Positions 1 to 8,553 of a stretch of 64,000 bases of DNA are shown piece after piece. Positions within the stretch are counted from its first letter, which is position 1; each line of letters opens with the position of its first letter. The translations under genes and the position numbers were made by a program. The stretch is taken from the sequence record OU509535.1, one strand, 5' to 3'. Below the pieces are notes generated by a model. The model ran no database searches. It was not told the DNA's origin and saw only the letters and a list, made by a program, of their open reading frames with translations.

Positions 1-107
1 ATTCAAGGAATTTCGACAGCTACGAGCTTCAAGGCTTAGCTTTTTATTTCTCTTCCCCTCCCTGTGGGGGGATGAAAATATCTCGTGCAAACGCCTTCAA
101 GTATTGA

Positions 108-216
108 AATTCACGAAGTGAATTGAAATTACTTGTTCTGTAGTCGAACGACAGTGAGACGTGAGAACCAAGTAATTTCTGCATGTATCAACGAAGTGCA
201 AACGGAGTTGATACAT
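108..216. repeat. cluster of inverted repeats (branched hairpins) in non-coding DNA
   Basis: aattcac-gaa-gtgaatt; gaaattacttg...caagtaatttc (11 bp); atgtatcaac...gttgatacat (10 bp). Confidence 0.7.
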
Positions 217-291
217 AGCACTTTAAAACATTATTGAATTCAATAATTAATATTATTATGGTTATTGAATAAATCAAATCGGAGTACTGAA

Positions 292-492
292 ATGAACACT
301 ATTATTTTTTTGATTATACTGAGTACTGGAACAACTACTACAGTAATTAAAGAAATGCCTTCTTTAGTACAATGCAAAGTAATTATGAATTCTGTTTATA
401 AACAACAAAAAGAAAAACAAAAAGAAACAAGTAAAACAGATTACTATTGTTTGAATTCAACAACTAACACTGAGTACTACCCAGATGAATGA
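292..492 (+). CDS. hypothetical protein
   Basis: ORF track; start moved to ATG after GGAG. Confidence 0.6.
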   Translation: MNTIIFLIILSTGTTTTVIKEMPSLVQCKVIMNSVYKQQKEKQKETSKTDYYCLNSTTNTEYYPDE

Positions 493-667
493 ATTCACAT
501 TTCTTTGTACTTATTATTATTATACTTCTGCTAATTCAAAGAAGTATGTAAAGGAAGAAATAAACGTATATACCAGTTCAGTACAAAAAGCTATTTGTGA
601 AGTACATTTGTACTTAGTTTGTTGTGAAGTAATTGATATAGAATATATACATACTATACAGGAATAA
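485..667 (+). CDS. hypothetical protein
   Basis: ORF track; overlaps upstream stop. Confidence 0.65.
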   Translation: MNEFTFLCTYYYYTSANSKKYVKEEINVYTSSVQKAICEVHLYLVCCEVIDIEYIHTIQE

Positions 668-672
668 ATCCA

Positions 673-1563
673 ATGACTTTAAGACTTATTACTGAAGTAG
701 ATAAAACAGTAAGTGAATTAACAAATGAAGAATTGAATAAACTGGACTGGAGTTCAGTACCAAAATCACAACTTCTTTCTATTTCAGATGATCGTTTGAT
801 GAAATGTCCCATCGACATTTTAACTCAAAGTTTTTCTTGTGATAACTATAGCAATGATTTGTGTTTATATATACTCACTTCTAAAATAAAGAAGTGTAAA
901 GATTTTCGAAATGGTTATGCATTATATCATTTATTAAGTAATTTTTTTAATCCAGATTTTATCAAGAATAATAAAAAAGAAATTCTTGAAATGTTAAAAC
1001 GACATGAAGAGATTCATAGTACTGTTACGTTTCCATCAGTTATTCAATACTTGATGAAACATGGAATCATTTCATTTTTTGATTTAAATATGACATTTGA
1101 AACAATCAATGACACATGGGATGCCTTGGAATCCGATATTCCACAGGAAGATTGGATTAAATTAATCACACGTACAAATTACCTTTATTCAACACTCACC
1201 GAACACCATTCAATACAGAATAATGTAATACCATTAAGTACTGAAAACTTATGGAAATGTGGGATTAAAATTAATCCAGTTGTTGATCTTTCGTGGGTTA
1301 AAAATGGAACATATGAATGTGATGATGATTATGTAGACATTTTACTGGAAGATTTAATAGAACAATTAAATTGTACTTCAATCACATGGGATGAAGTACT
1401 AGAAAAATTCAATACATATAAACTTGATAGGGACAACAATCCCCCTTATGGTGTTAATTTTATCAGTACTGTATGGGAACATCACATAATTGACACAAAG
1501 TTTGAATTGAACAGAGATGATTTTTTCAAGAAAAATTTACATCTTTACAAAACTATTGGATAA
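673..1563 (+). CDS. hypothetical protein (296 aa)
   Basis: long ORF, AGGA RBS; no motif recognised. Confidence 0.85.
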   Translation: MTLRLITEVDKTVSELTNEELNKLDWSSVPKSQLLSISDDRLMKCPIDILTQSFSCDNYSNDLCLYILTSKIKKCKDFRNGYALYHLLSNFFNPDFIKNNKKEILEMLKRHEEIHSTVTFPSVIQYLMKHGIISFFDLNMTFETINDTWDALESDIPQEDWIKLITRTNYLYSTLTEHHSIQNNVIPLSTENLWKCGIKINPVVDLSWVKNGTYECDDDYVDILLEDLIEQLNCTSITWDEVLEKFNTYKLDRDNNPPYGVNFISTVWEHHIIDTKFELNRDDFFKKNLHLYKTIG

Positions 1564-1628
1564 AAGTCTTGACATGGAGTACTATTTGAGTAATAATACT
1601 CCTATCTTAATTTAATGAGGAAACACTG

Positions 1629-1793
1629 ATGAAAACTCTATTACTTATTGTAGTCGTGGCTTTTGGTGCATGGTGGTTTTCTGAAAATTTCAGTATAACT
1701 TCAAAAAATGAACCACAACCTGTTCCACAAGAAGTACATACAGATTCTATTGGAACTAAGGTTGATAAAATAATTAAAGTAATTACGGAATAA
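1629..1793 (+). CDS. small membrane-anchored protein (54 aa, not in track)
   Basis: GAGG RBS, upstream TTGACA promoter; MKTLLLIVVVAFGAWWF hydrophobic N-terminus. Confidence 0.65.
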   Translation: MKTLLLIVVVAFGAWWFSENFSITSKNEPQPVPQEVHTDSIGTKVDKIIKVITE

Positions 1794-1798
1794 ATGTT

Positions 1799-2191
1799 AT
1801 GGGATTAGATGTAACTGAAGCTCAAGCAATATTAGAAAACCTAAGAGAAATTAATTCAAAATTTGAACGTAATAATCTCTGTACTGAATGGGATAAAAAA
1901 CTACCCAATAGATTTAGTGAAATCACCAATGAAATTTTATTCAGTACTGGTTTAGTTTGGATTGAACATACTTCTCTGTATAATGTTACATATCGCCATG
2001 AAGGTTATGTTGTTGAATACAATGAATATCTAGATCAGGGCATGAAAGTACTCAAAATGTGGAGTACTGTTTATAACGAGCTAGTAATTATCTGGATTAA
2101 TGAAAGTAATGGTGTTGACTTTGGTGATTTAGAAGAAAGCACTACTAAGGTAGCACCAATTTTTATTGGTTTGTCTGATAATACTATGTAA
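1799..2191 (+). CDS. hypothetical protein
   Basis: ORF track. Confidence 0.75.
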   Translation: MGLDVTEAQAILENLREINSKFERNNLCTEWDKKLPNRFSEITNEILFSTGLVWIEHTSLYNVTYRHEGYVVEYNEYLDQGMKVLKMWSTVYNELVIIWINESNGVDFGDLEESTTKVAPIFIGLSDNTM

Positions 2192-2213
2192 GTATCAAAG
2201 AAAGGTTTTGGTA

Positions 2214-2423
2214 ATGAATGAAAAATTGTCTTTAATTTGGAAAAGTGGTTATGACTTTAAAGTAACACCAAAGGAACTTAGAGTATTTCGTACTGAATAC
2301 TGTGAGTATCTTGATTTAGACCAGTATAATACCATTGTTCGTATTGAACACAATGGTGATGTTGAAGGTCATATCAGTGAAGTACTTGATAAAGCTATTT
2401 CAATTATTGAGGCAAAATTATGA
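2214..2423 (+). CDS. hypothetical protein
   Basis: ORF track; start moved to ATG after AAGG. Confidence 0.7.
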   Translation: MNEKLSLIWKSGYDFKVTPKELRVFRTEYCEYLDLDQYNTIVRIEHNGDVEGHISEVLDKAISIIEAKL

Positions 2424-2617
2424 TTAGTTTTTATTTGGCAGTGATACTTATTAATGGTAATATCGAACGAACACTAGGAAATGGGTTTTATAAAACACCT
2501 GAAGAATGCTATACGACGACAAATTGGCCTCGTGATAGTGAAACTCGTGAAGAATTCAAATGCATCAAGGCTACTGGTGATTTTGTAAATTTCAAAGTTA
2601 TTGAGGTACAAAAATGA
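2420..2617 (+). CDS. hypothetical protein
   Basis: ORF track; ATGA overlap. Confidence 0.7.
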   Translation: MISFYLAVILINGNIERTLGNGFYKTPEECYTTTNWPRDSETREEFKCIKATGDFVNFKVIEVQK

Positions 2618-2895
2618 TTCTTTCAAAAGAAGAACGTGATATTGTATTACACGCTTTATATTTTCTTGAGAATGAAAGTATGCATACGGATGCTTCTATG
2701 GCGTTGATTGAACGTCTTCAGAAAGAAGAAATACCAAAGATTTATCGTATCCGTTATCTTGATGGGGCTGGTGGTGATCGTATTGCCATTGCTGAATCAC
2801 GAGAAGAAGCAGAACAAATCTTCACTGATAATTATTTGAATCCTTTTTTGATGGAAGAAGTTTGTGAAGTGAAAAATGGCACTTTTATTGGTTGA
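2614..2895 (+). CDS. hypothetical protein (MILSKEE N-terminus shared with 3529)
   Basis: ORF track; GAGG RBS. Confidence 0.75.
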   Translation: MILSKEERDIVLHALYFLENESMHTDASMALIERLQKEEIPKIYRIRYLDGAGGDRIAIAESREEAEQIFTDNYLNPFLMEEVCEVKNGTFIG

Positions 2896-2919
2896 CAGAT
2901 AATAAAAATACAGTATAAT
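2892..2919 (+). promoter_or_regulatory. sigma70-like promoter for tRNA-like RNA 1
   Basis: TTGACA-16nt-TATAAT. Confidence 0.75.
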
Positions 2920-2928
2920 GTTTATATC

Positions 2929-3022
2929 AAGACAAGTAGTAGCTTAATATGTTCAAGAGCAGCGAGCAAACACAGCATAATGGTACTCGTCTGTACAGGT
3001 TGCATTCCTGTTTACTTGTCTT
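2929..3022 (+). tRNA. tRNA-like RNA 1 (non-canonical, ~19-nt anticodon loop)
   Basis: 10-bp end stem aagacaagta/tacttgtctt; D-arm-like gcttaatatgttcaagagc; gcgag/ctcgt stem; T-arm acagg-ttgcatt-cctgt. Confidence 0.55.
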
Positions 3023-3052
3023 TGATTTCTTTTAATTCAACGAGGTTATAAT

Positions 3053-3256
3053 ATGTTTACACCAAACACATCAAATGTAGGTAAGCGTGTAGTACTGTTA
3101 GAAGATGTATCAACACTTCGTGGCACTTTCAGTAAAGGCCATGAAATGACTATCATCGGTGAAACATCTCGCGGTTGGGATCTCGAAGATGATGATGGTA
3201 ATCGCATTTTAGAAGCTGGGATGTTTGGTCATAAAGAATTTAAACTTCTTGACTAA
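3053..3256 (+). CDS. hypothetical protein
   Basis: ORF track; GAGG RBS. Confidence 0.8.
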   Translation: MFTPNTSNVGKRVVLLEDVSTLRGTFSKGHEMTIIGETSRGWDLEDDDGNRILEAGMFGHKEFKLLD

Positions 3257-3283
3257 ATGATTACGTGCTGCTAATATAAGAAC

Positions 3284-3358
3284 AAGACGGGGTGATAAAT
3301 TAACATTAACCTTAATCGATCAACAGGTGGCTGCGGTTATCATCCCGTCTTTCCTTTT
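3284..3358 (+). ncRNA. promoter-proximal 15-bp hairpin RNA candidate
   Basis: TTGACT-17-TAATAT at 3249-3277; aagacggggtgataa/ttatcatcccgtctt followed by T-rich tract. Confidence 0.45.
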
Positions 3359-3375
3359 TAACAATGAGGTTTATC

Positions 3376-3516
3376 ATGAGTAAAGATGTTCACGTTCCAG
3401 TACAAAATGGTATGTCAGCATGTGGTAAACGAGTGGATTTAACTGGTTGGGTACGTTCAATGATCACTTGTAAAAAATGCAAAAAAACCAAAGAGTATTT
3501 TGATTTGGAAAAATAA
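3376..3516 (+). CDS. small putative zinc-binding protein (46 aa, not in track)
   Basis: GAGG RBS; H..C..CKKC. Confidence 0.6.
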   Translation: MSKDVHVPVQNGMSACGKRVDLTGWVRSMITCKKCKKTKEYFDLEK

Positions 3517-3528
3517 CAAGGATTTATT

Positions 3529-3774
3529 ATGATACTATCTAAAGAAGAACAACAAATTGTTGCACAAGCAATGAGTCTTTTGCACTTAACCACTGACAAA
3601 GAAAAAGATTTATTCAATCGTCTTAAAACTGGGGTTGATACAGTTCAACGTATAAAAGAGAGTAATGAACGTAAAATGAAATTCCATGCATCACTCATAG
3701 CTATGTATGGTCCAAATGCACATTTACATTATAATGATTATTATCAATACTGTGAAAAAAATGGTTTTTGGTGA
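3529..3774 (+). CDS. hypothetical protein (MILSKEE N-terminus)
   Basis: ORF track; AAGGA RBS. Confidence 0.75.
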   Translation: MILSKEEQQIVAQAMSLLHLTTDKEKDLFNRLKTGVDTVQRIKESNERKMKFHASLIAMYGPNAHLHYNDYYQYCEKNGFW

Positions 3775-3783
3775 AATAAAAGA

Positions 3784-3811
3784 TTGACAAATAACATTAG
3801 TACTGTATAAT
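3784..3811 (+). promoter_or_regulatory. sigma70-like promoter for tRNA-like RNAs 2/3
   Basis: TTGACA-16nt(ending AGTACTG)-TATAAT. Confidence 0.75.
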
Positions 3812-3819
3812 GTTTACAA

Positions 3820-3904
3820 TCAAGACAAGATTAGTTCAGTAGGTAGGAACCGTTCTATGTGTATCTAAGAATAAGTTGTGGTTCGATTCCCTATCTTGTC
3901 TTGA
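3820..3904 (+). tRNA. tRNA-like RNA 2 (non-canonical, ~11-nt anticodon loop)
   Basis: 12-bp end stem tcaagacaagat/atcttgtcttga; D arm gttc-agtaggtag-gaac; GGTTCGATTCC T-loop. Confidence 0.6.
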
Positions 3905-3942
3905 TTTCAGTGGTGAGCTTTAGTGATACATCTATTGACGAT

Positions 3943-4035
3943 GCGGGTGTGAGGGTGGCTACCTCAGCAGTGGCGAATTATGTAGCAACTGTGCTGAAAG
4001 ATGCTAAGACAGTTCGATTCTGTCCACCCGCCGCA
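3943..4035 (+). tRNA. tRNA-like RNA 3 (long variable arm, enlarged anticodon loop)
   Basis: 7-bp acceptor gcgggtg/cacccgc; perfect T arm gacag-ttcgatt-ctgtc; tgagg/cctca stem. Confidence 0.65.
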
Positions 4036-4130
4036 CTAAAGGTAGGGTACTAAGTACCAGAAACTAACACGAGGCAGTCGGAATATACGCCTACACCACA
4101 ATTACTTTTAATTTAATTGAGGAACAAAAC

Positions 4131-4478
4131 ATGTCAGAATCACTTGTAAATAAAAACTCTCAAGGATTTGTAATTGCAAATAAAAACCCTCAAGGGTTTG
4201 TAATTATTGATCTGAATCTTAACAGTGGGAGAATGTTCCAAAGTACTGATGCATGTATGCAATTTGACTTCCTCGGTTATGAAATTAGTGTTAGTACAGG
4301 TGGTTCAGTACTACAAGGTGGTTTTCTTCAGGAAATTTTAGTTACTGATCCAGAAGAACGTCCTCACTTCATTCAGGGTTCGGTGCAAGATGCTATTATG
4401 TTTGTTATTCAGCGTGAACAAAATAGAAACTTTAATGAATTTACTAATGCAATGAGTAATAAGATTGAAGAAGTTTAA
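4131..4478 (+). CDS. hypothetical protein (N-terminal duplicated NKN(S/P)QGFVI)
   Basis: ORF track; GAGG RBS. Confidence 0.8.
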   Translation: MSESLVNKNSQGFVIANKNPQGFVIIDLNLNSGRMFQSTDACMQFDFLGYEISVSTGGSVLQGGFLQEILVTDPEERPHFIQGSVQDAIMFVIQREQNRNFNEFTNAMSNKIEEV

Positions 4479-4728
4479 AGTTTATGTTAAGTACTTCACA
4501 TTCTATAGTTTAGATCCAAATGATTGTCATCCAGGCTTTTATGAATGCACTCTAATCAGGGATAACGAATGTGAAGTATTATATTTTATATATAAAATGT
4601 ATAACAGAATAACTGTTTACAATCAAAGAACAAGAAATATATATAGATATCCGGGAGAATCCTTTTATTTCAACCAAACAATTATTGACTCATACCGTAT
4701 AATTTGTACTGGTGAATATGATGAATAA
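4465..4728 (+). CDS. hypothetical protein
   Basis: ORF track; TTG start. Confidence 0.6.
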   Translation: MKKFKVYVKYFTFYSLDPNDCHPGFYECTLIRDNECEVLYFIYKMYNRITVYNQRTRNIYRYPGESFYFNQTIIDSYRIICTGEYDE

Positions 4729-4912
4729 TAAGTATTATAATTTTGAATTGAAATATATACTTCCCATATCAGACGATGATACAGAATGTGTCGCACATAT
4801 ACAAACTTTGGCATGTAATCCGACAGACGCAGTAATTAAAATTATAGAAGCTAATATTTTACCATGTAAAAAATCAAATTTTATATTAATAACATCAATT
4901 AAGTTAACTTAA
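4718..4912 (+). CDS. small paralog family E (NPxxA motif)
   Basis: CNPTDAVIKII. Confidence 0.7.
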   Translation: MMNNKYYNFELKYILPISDDDTECVAHIQTLACNPTDAVIKIIEANILPCKKSNFILITSIKLT

Positions 4913-4917
4913 AAAAA

Positions 4918-5124
4918 ATGTCAGATTGTAAAAAATATATCATATCTGGAACATATTCAATAAATTTCAAAGGTCTAAAAGAACAACAACAACAAAAAAC
5001 ATTCAATGTCATATTTTGTTCAACTAATCCTATTCAAGCATTGAATCAATTAATACGCAATACTATCTATACAGTACTCCATTTTATATATATTATTAAA
5101 TCTTATAAAATTGTGGAAATATAA
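4918..5124 (+). CDS. small paralog family E
   Basis: TNPIQALNQLI. Confidence 0.7.
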   Translation: MSDCKKYIISGTYSINFKGLKEQQQQKTFNVIFCSTNPIQALNQLIRNTIYTVLHFIYIIKSYKIVEI

Positions 5125-5126
5125 AA

Positions 5127-5309
5127 ATGAATTATTATACTTTTGCATTGAAATATATTTCGGCATATTCTCCTAGTGTAGAAGGTAAATGTATTATAAA
5201 AGCACAAGGAACTAACCCAATTGAAGCCATTATGAAAATAATATCTACTAATTCATTCCCTGATAAAAATTCAACGTTTGTACTAATTACTTCAATTGTC
5301 ATTCAATGA
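5127..5309 (+). CDS. small paralog family E
   Basis: TNPIEAIMKII; similar to 4718. Confidence 0.7.
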   Translation: MNYYTFALKYISAYSPSVEGKCIIKAQGTNPIEAIMKIISTNSFPDKNSTFVLITSIVIQ

Positions 5310-5324
5310 TAATTTGGATATAGC

Positions 5325-5558
5325 ATGAATATATATACAGTAACTGGAATTCATATGGCTCAATTTACAGGAACATTTCCAATGATTGGTGGTGTTCCTG
5401 TATATCCAATTCCCAAAAAATTTGAATTACGAATTTCAGCAGATAATGAAGTACATGCATATTATAAAGTTATAGAAAAATATAATGTTTATAATACCTG
5501 CAATTCTTTTTATATGATTTATGATGTTAAAGTTGACATTCATTATGCCATAGGATAG
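5325..5558 (+). CDS. small protein, probable family E
   Basis: ADNEVHAYYKVI. Confidence 0.65.
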   Translation: MNIYTVTGIHMAQFTGTFPMIGGVPVYPIPKKFELRISADNEVHAYYKVIEKYNVYNTCNSFYMIYDVKVDIHYAIG

Positions 5559-5597
5559 AATAACCTCATTATATCTTAATCTAAAAGAGAAAATAAA

Positions 5598-6266
5598 ATG
5601 CTTGCTAATCTGAAATACATGATCAGTACTGAAGCACGTGATGAAAAAGGTTGCTACATTAAATCCGAAACCAAAACATTTGATGATCTTGGTATGAGTG
5701 GTGTTTTTCATGAATGTCATTTCGATCCATATCACCCATTTTGGTCTAAACACCAGGAACCAGAGAAAGTACAAAATACTCGAATTTTTTGTGCATTACA
5801 AACAAATACACCTGGCATCATTGCGGCGTATAATGCGGATGATGTAATCGACCACATGACGAATTATGAAGTAATCGATGAGCAACCAATGATTAGTCCA
5901 AGGGGTGAAGTTTATACACATCAAGATTTCTATTCAATGTTTAATGAAATGGAGAGGATCATTCTTCCTAGTGGTAAACAACGACCTGAATATATGAACT
6001 TGGTTGGTTCTTATGGTGTAGCCGATAACATTGAGCAAATTCTTCGTAAGTATAAATCATTGTTAAATAGTCCAGATGAAGTTGTATTAACTATCCATCC
6101 AGTACTGAAAAAGGATCAACCAGAAAGTGGTGGCTGGCGTTGGCATAAATGGGGGTCATATATCGGTAATCACAAGATTAAGTGTGAATATTTGTATGAT
6201 GAAGTTGGTATTGATAAAGTTTTGTGTTATAATTGGATCTACGTAAAACCCAAAAAAGGAATCTAA
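5598..6266 (+). CDS. hypothetical protein, GWRWHKWGxYIG domain
   Basis: C-terminal domain paralogous to 16655. Confidence 0.85.
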   Translation: MLANLKYMISTEARDEKGCYIKSETKTFDDLGMSGVFHECHFDPYHPFWSKHQEPEKVQNTRIFCALQTNTPGIIAAYNADDVIDHMTNYEVIDEQPMISPRGEVYTHQDFYSMFNEMERIILPSGKQRPEYMNLVGSYGVADNIEQILRKYKSLLNSPDEVVLTIHPVLKKDQPESGGWRWHKWGSYIGNHKIKCEYLYDEVGIDKVLCYNWIYVKPKKGI

Positions 6267-6268
6267 AA

Positions 6269-6538
6269 ATGATTAATGTATTAGCATTGGTACTTATTTT
6301 GCTCTTTATTATGTTACCAACACTTATTTCCGTTACACGCAATACAGTAGAAACTTCACTACGTGTATTTTTACTTAACTTTATGTTATTGGTTACTTCA
6401 ATCATCGTTCCTTACAGTGAATCACTTATTGATGGTATCAGTAACATTTTACTTGTTTGGTCTTTTTTGATTATGTTATCTTATATTCCAGACGAATCAG
6501 ATCCAAAAGATTTAAGAAATGTTGTAAGATACATGTGA
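6269..6538 (+). CDS. membrane protein
   Basis: three hydrophobic segments; AAGGA RBS. Confidence 0.7.
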   Translation: MINVLALVLILLFIMLPTLISVTRNTVETSLRVFLLNFMLLVTSIIVPYSESLIDGISNILLVWSFLIMLSYIPDESDPKDLRNVVRYM

Positions 6539-6551
6539 TTAAGGATTAATT

Positions 6552-6812
6552 GTGGCAAGTGGGTTTGTTGATGATGATGGTGTAAACAATACCATAGAAA
6601 GCACAGTACTTAATGCTATTGATTTTGCAAGAAGTAATTTATATTCAGGTGAATCATTTAAGTACTGTACTGACTGCGGTGATGAAATACCAGAAAAACG
6701 TCGGGCAGTTCTTAATGGTGTAAAACGTTGTGTGAAATGTCAATCTAAGGTAGACAATTCATATAAAGAGTATTATAATAGACGTGGGTCAAAAGATTCA
6801 CAATTACGTTAA
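6552..6812 (+). CDS. TraR/DksA family C4 zinc-finger protein
   Basis: CTDCGDEIPEKRRAVLNGVKRCVKCQ; N-terminal GFVDDD acidic motif. Confidence 0.9.
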   Translation: MASGFVDDDGVNNTIESTVLNAIDFARSNLYSGESFKYCTDCGDEIPEKRRAVLNGVKRCVKCQSKVDNSYKEYYNRRGSKDSQLR

Positions 6813-6823
6813 AAGGAAACAAA

Positions 6824-7147
6824 ATGATTGGATTAATTTCGGTTGTACTTACTATCCCATATATTATTATTGTGTGGGCGATGGTTTGCAGTTTGTTACA
6901 GGAAAATGGTTCACTGAAGGGGAGTAGATTTAATTATAAAGAAGATTTTCTATTAGATTCTAATACAGTGTCCTTACTATACAAAATCGTTTGGATTTGG
7001 TTAGGAGCTACAGTACTGAACTTCTTTTTCCCTGTATTTGGAATTGTACTATATATTATTAATATTGTTATTATTCTGGTATCATTGTATTGGTTGTACG
7101 AATGTTACAAAGCTGGAAAATTCAAAGTTTGGTTTAATAAAAAATAA
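6824..7147 (+). CDS. membrane protein
   Basis: hydrophobic segments; AAGGA RBS. Confidence 0.75.
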   Translation: MIGLISVVLTIPYIIIVWAMVCSLLQENGSLKGSRFNYKEDFLLDSNTVSLLYKIVWIWLGATVLNFFFPVFGIVLYIINIVIILVSLYWLYECYKAGKFKVWFNKK

Positions 7148-7151
7148 AAAT

Positions 7152-7159
7152 TATAAATA
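7152..7159 (+). promoter_or_regulatory. possible T4-type late promoter
   Basis: TATAAATA upstream of 7207; AT-rich background lowers specificity. Confidence 0.3.
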
Positions 7160-7206
7160 CCTTTGTATACTACCTACAAAGGTATTTTCTTTTTAGAGGA
7201 TTTATT

Positions 7207-7542
7207 ATGCATATAATACTAAGTTTAGTACTTAGTACTATTTTGCTATCCTTTCTACCTGCCAGTGTATCAGCTAACAATGGTTCATTGTGCTTGTCTA
7301 ATGATGGTGAATGGTACGAAGTACGTTCCGATCCTGATAATCCAAATAACCTCACCATTGATGGTGAAGTCTTTTACATTCTACAACAACAAACCCACCT
7401 TAATAAAAAAGTCTTGACATTTAAAAGTACCAGTGGTACACTGGCATTGTTAGTTCTGGTTGGTAATCCAGAAACTAAAAAGGTTTCAATTGACATGTTC
7501 CTCACATCTGAGATAAAATCAGTTAAAATTCAATGTAAATAG
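7207..7542 (+). CDS. signal-peptide protein (CxSNDGE pair with 7919)
   Basis: hydrophobic N-terminus ending ASVSA; CLSNDGEW. Confidence 0.75.
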   Translation: MHIILSLVLSTILLSFLPASVSANNGSLCLSNDGEWYEVRSDPDNPNNLTIDGEVFYILQQQTHLNKKVLTFKSTSGTLALLVLVGNPETKKVSIDMFLTSEIKSVKIQCK

Positions 7543-7551
7543 GGTATAACA

Positions 7552-7908
7552 ATGCTAGACAAAATTTTTGATATTTTGTTTTTAATTCCAGTTGTATCAA
7601 CTGCTATTGTAGTTTTTACAATGCTTAGTTCAGTACTGATTGGTATCCTTTGTCTGGTAATGGGTAGTGATTCTGTATTGAGATTCAGTTCTAAATATTT
7701 TGTTTGGGGAGACGTGCCAGCATTTAATGCTACATTCGTCTCCTTTTTTCTTTTTATTTGTTCTCTCATGTTACATGAATTTGAATTGCTTAGTTCGATT
7801 TATATCGTAAGCTTCTATTCAATTTTTAGTATGTGTTGTCTGTGGTACATGATCTACAGTATTGATGTTTGGTATACAAATTATGTTGAATATAAACACA
7901 AAAAATGA
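7552..7908 (+). CDS. membrane protein
   Basis: multiple hydrophobic segments. Confidence 0.75.
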   Translation: MLDKIFDILFLIPVVSTAIVVFTMLSSVLIGILCLVMGSDSVLRFSSKYFVWGDVPAFNATFVSFFLFICSLMLHEFELLSSIYIVSFYSIFSMCCLWYMIYSIDVWYTNYVEYKHKK

Positions 7909-7918
7909 GAATAAAAAT

Positions 7919-8281
7919 ATGAAAACTATTATCTTCTTTGTATTAATGATGATTTGTAGTATCAGTGCACGTGCAGAACTTATTGTTGATATGGTATGTG
8001 TTAGTAATGATGGGGAATATCATACTTATAAGGTAGACAGAGATAACTTATTAACAATATTAATTGATAACATTCCATATGATTATGAAAAAAATACAAC
8101 TATTGGTGATACTGATATTTCGAAATACACAAATACGAATAATAAATCCGAATTGGCTTATATTTCAGTTGATGTATATGAAGATATGCGTACTAAACAA
8201 CAATTTCCAGAAATTAAATTAGTACTAATGGAAAATGGTGCTAAAGTTGCTAAATTTGGAGGATTATGTCATGATAATTAA
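7919..8281 (+). CDS. signal-peptide protein (CxSNDGE pair with 7207)
   Basis: MKTIIFFVLMMICSISARA; CVSNDGEY. Confidence 0.75.
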   Translation: MKTIIFFVLMMICSISARAELIVDMVCVSNDGEYHTYKVDRDNLLTILIDNIPYDYEKNTTIGDTDISKYTNTNNKSELAYISVDVYEDMRTKQQFPEIKLVLMENGAKVAKFGGLCHDN

Positions 8282-8546
8282 TTTATCAATTATGTATGAC
8301 TCTTTTAATTTAGGAAAAAGTACTGAAAACATTTATTATTCTGGTGGTGCACATTTATTTTTTGAAGATCATAAAATACCATATAAATTAATTGAAATTA
8401 ATAATACTGATCGTATTCAATATCATGAAGATAAAAATAAAGTTAATGTTGAAATTGATAAATTGGAAGAATTAATTAAATTTATGAAAAAATATAATTG
8501 TAATATTGAATTAAAATCTGATTATGGTATAATTTATTTCAAGTGA
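8271..8546 (+). CDS. hypothetical protein
   Basis: ORF track; start moved to ATG after GGAGG-like site. Confidence 0.65.
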   Translation: MIINLSIMYDSFNLGKSTENIYYSGGAHLFFEDHKIPYKLIEINNTDRIQYHEDKNKVNVEIDKLEELIKFMKKYNCNIELKSDYGIIYFK

Positions 8547-8553
8547 GATCCAA

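Noticed and set aside
3943-4035. Selenocysteine tRNA (selC) or any specific isoacceptor call
   Set aside because: The acceptor is 7 bp, there is no 7-nt loop with a TCA or other clear anticodon, and no CCA is encoded.
3859-4053. 64-aa ORF in the track
   Set aside because: It overlaps tRNA-like RNAs 2 and 3, has no RBS, and its composition reflects the RNA structure.
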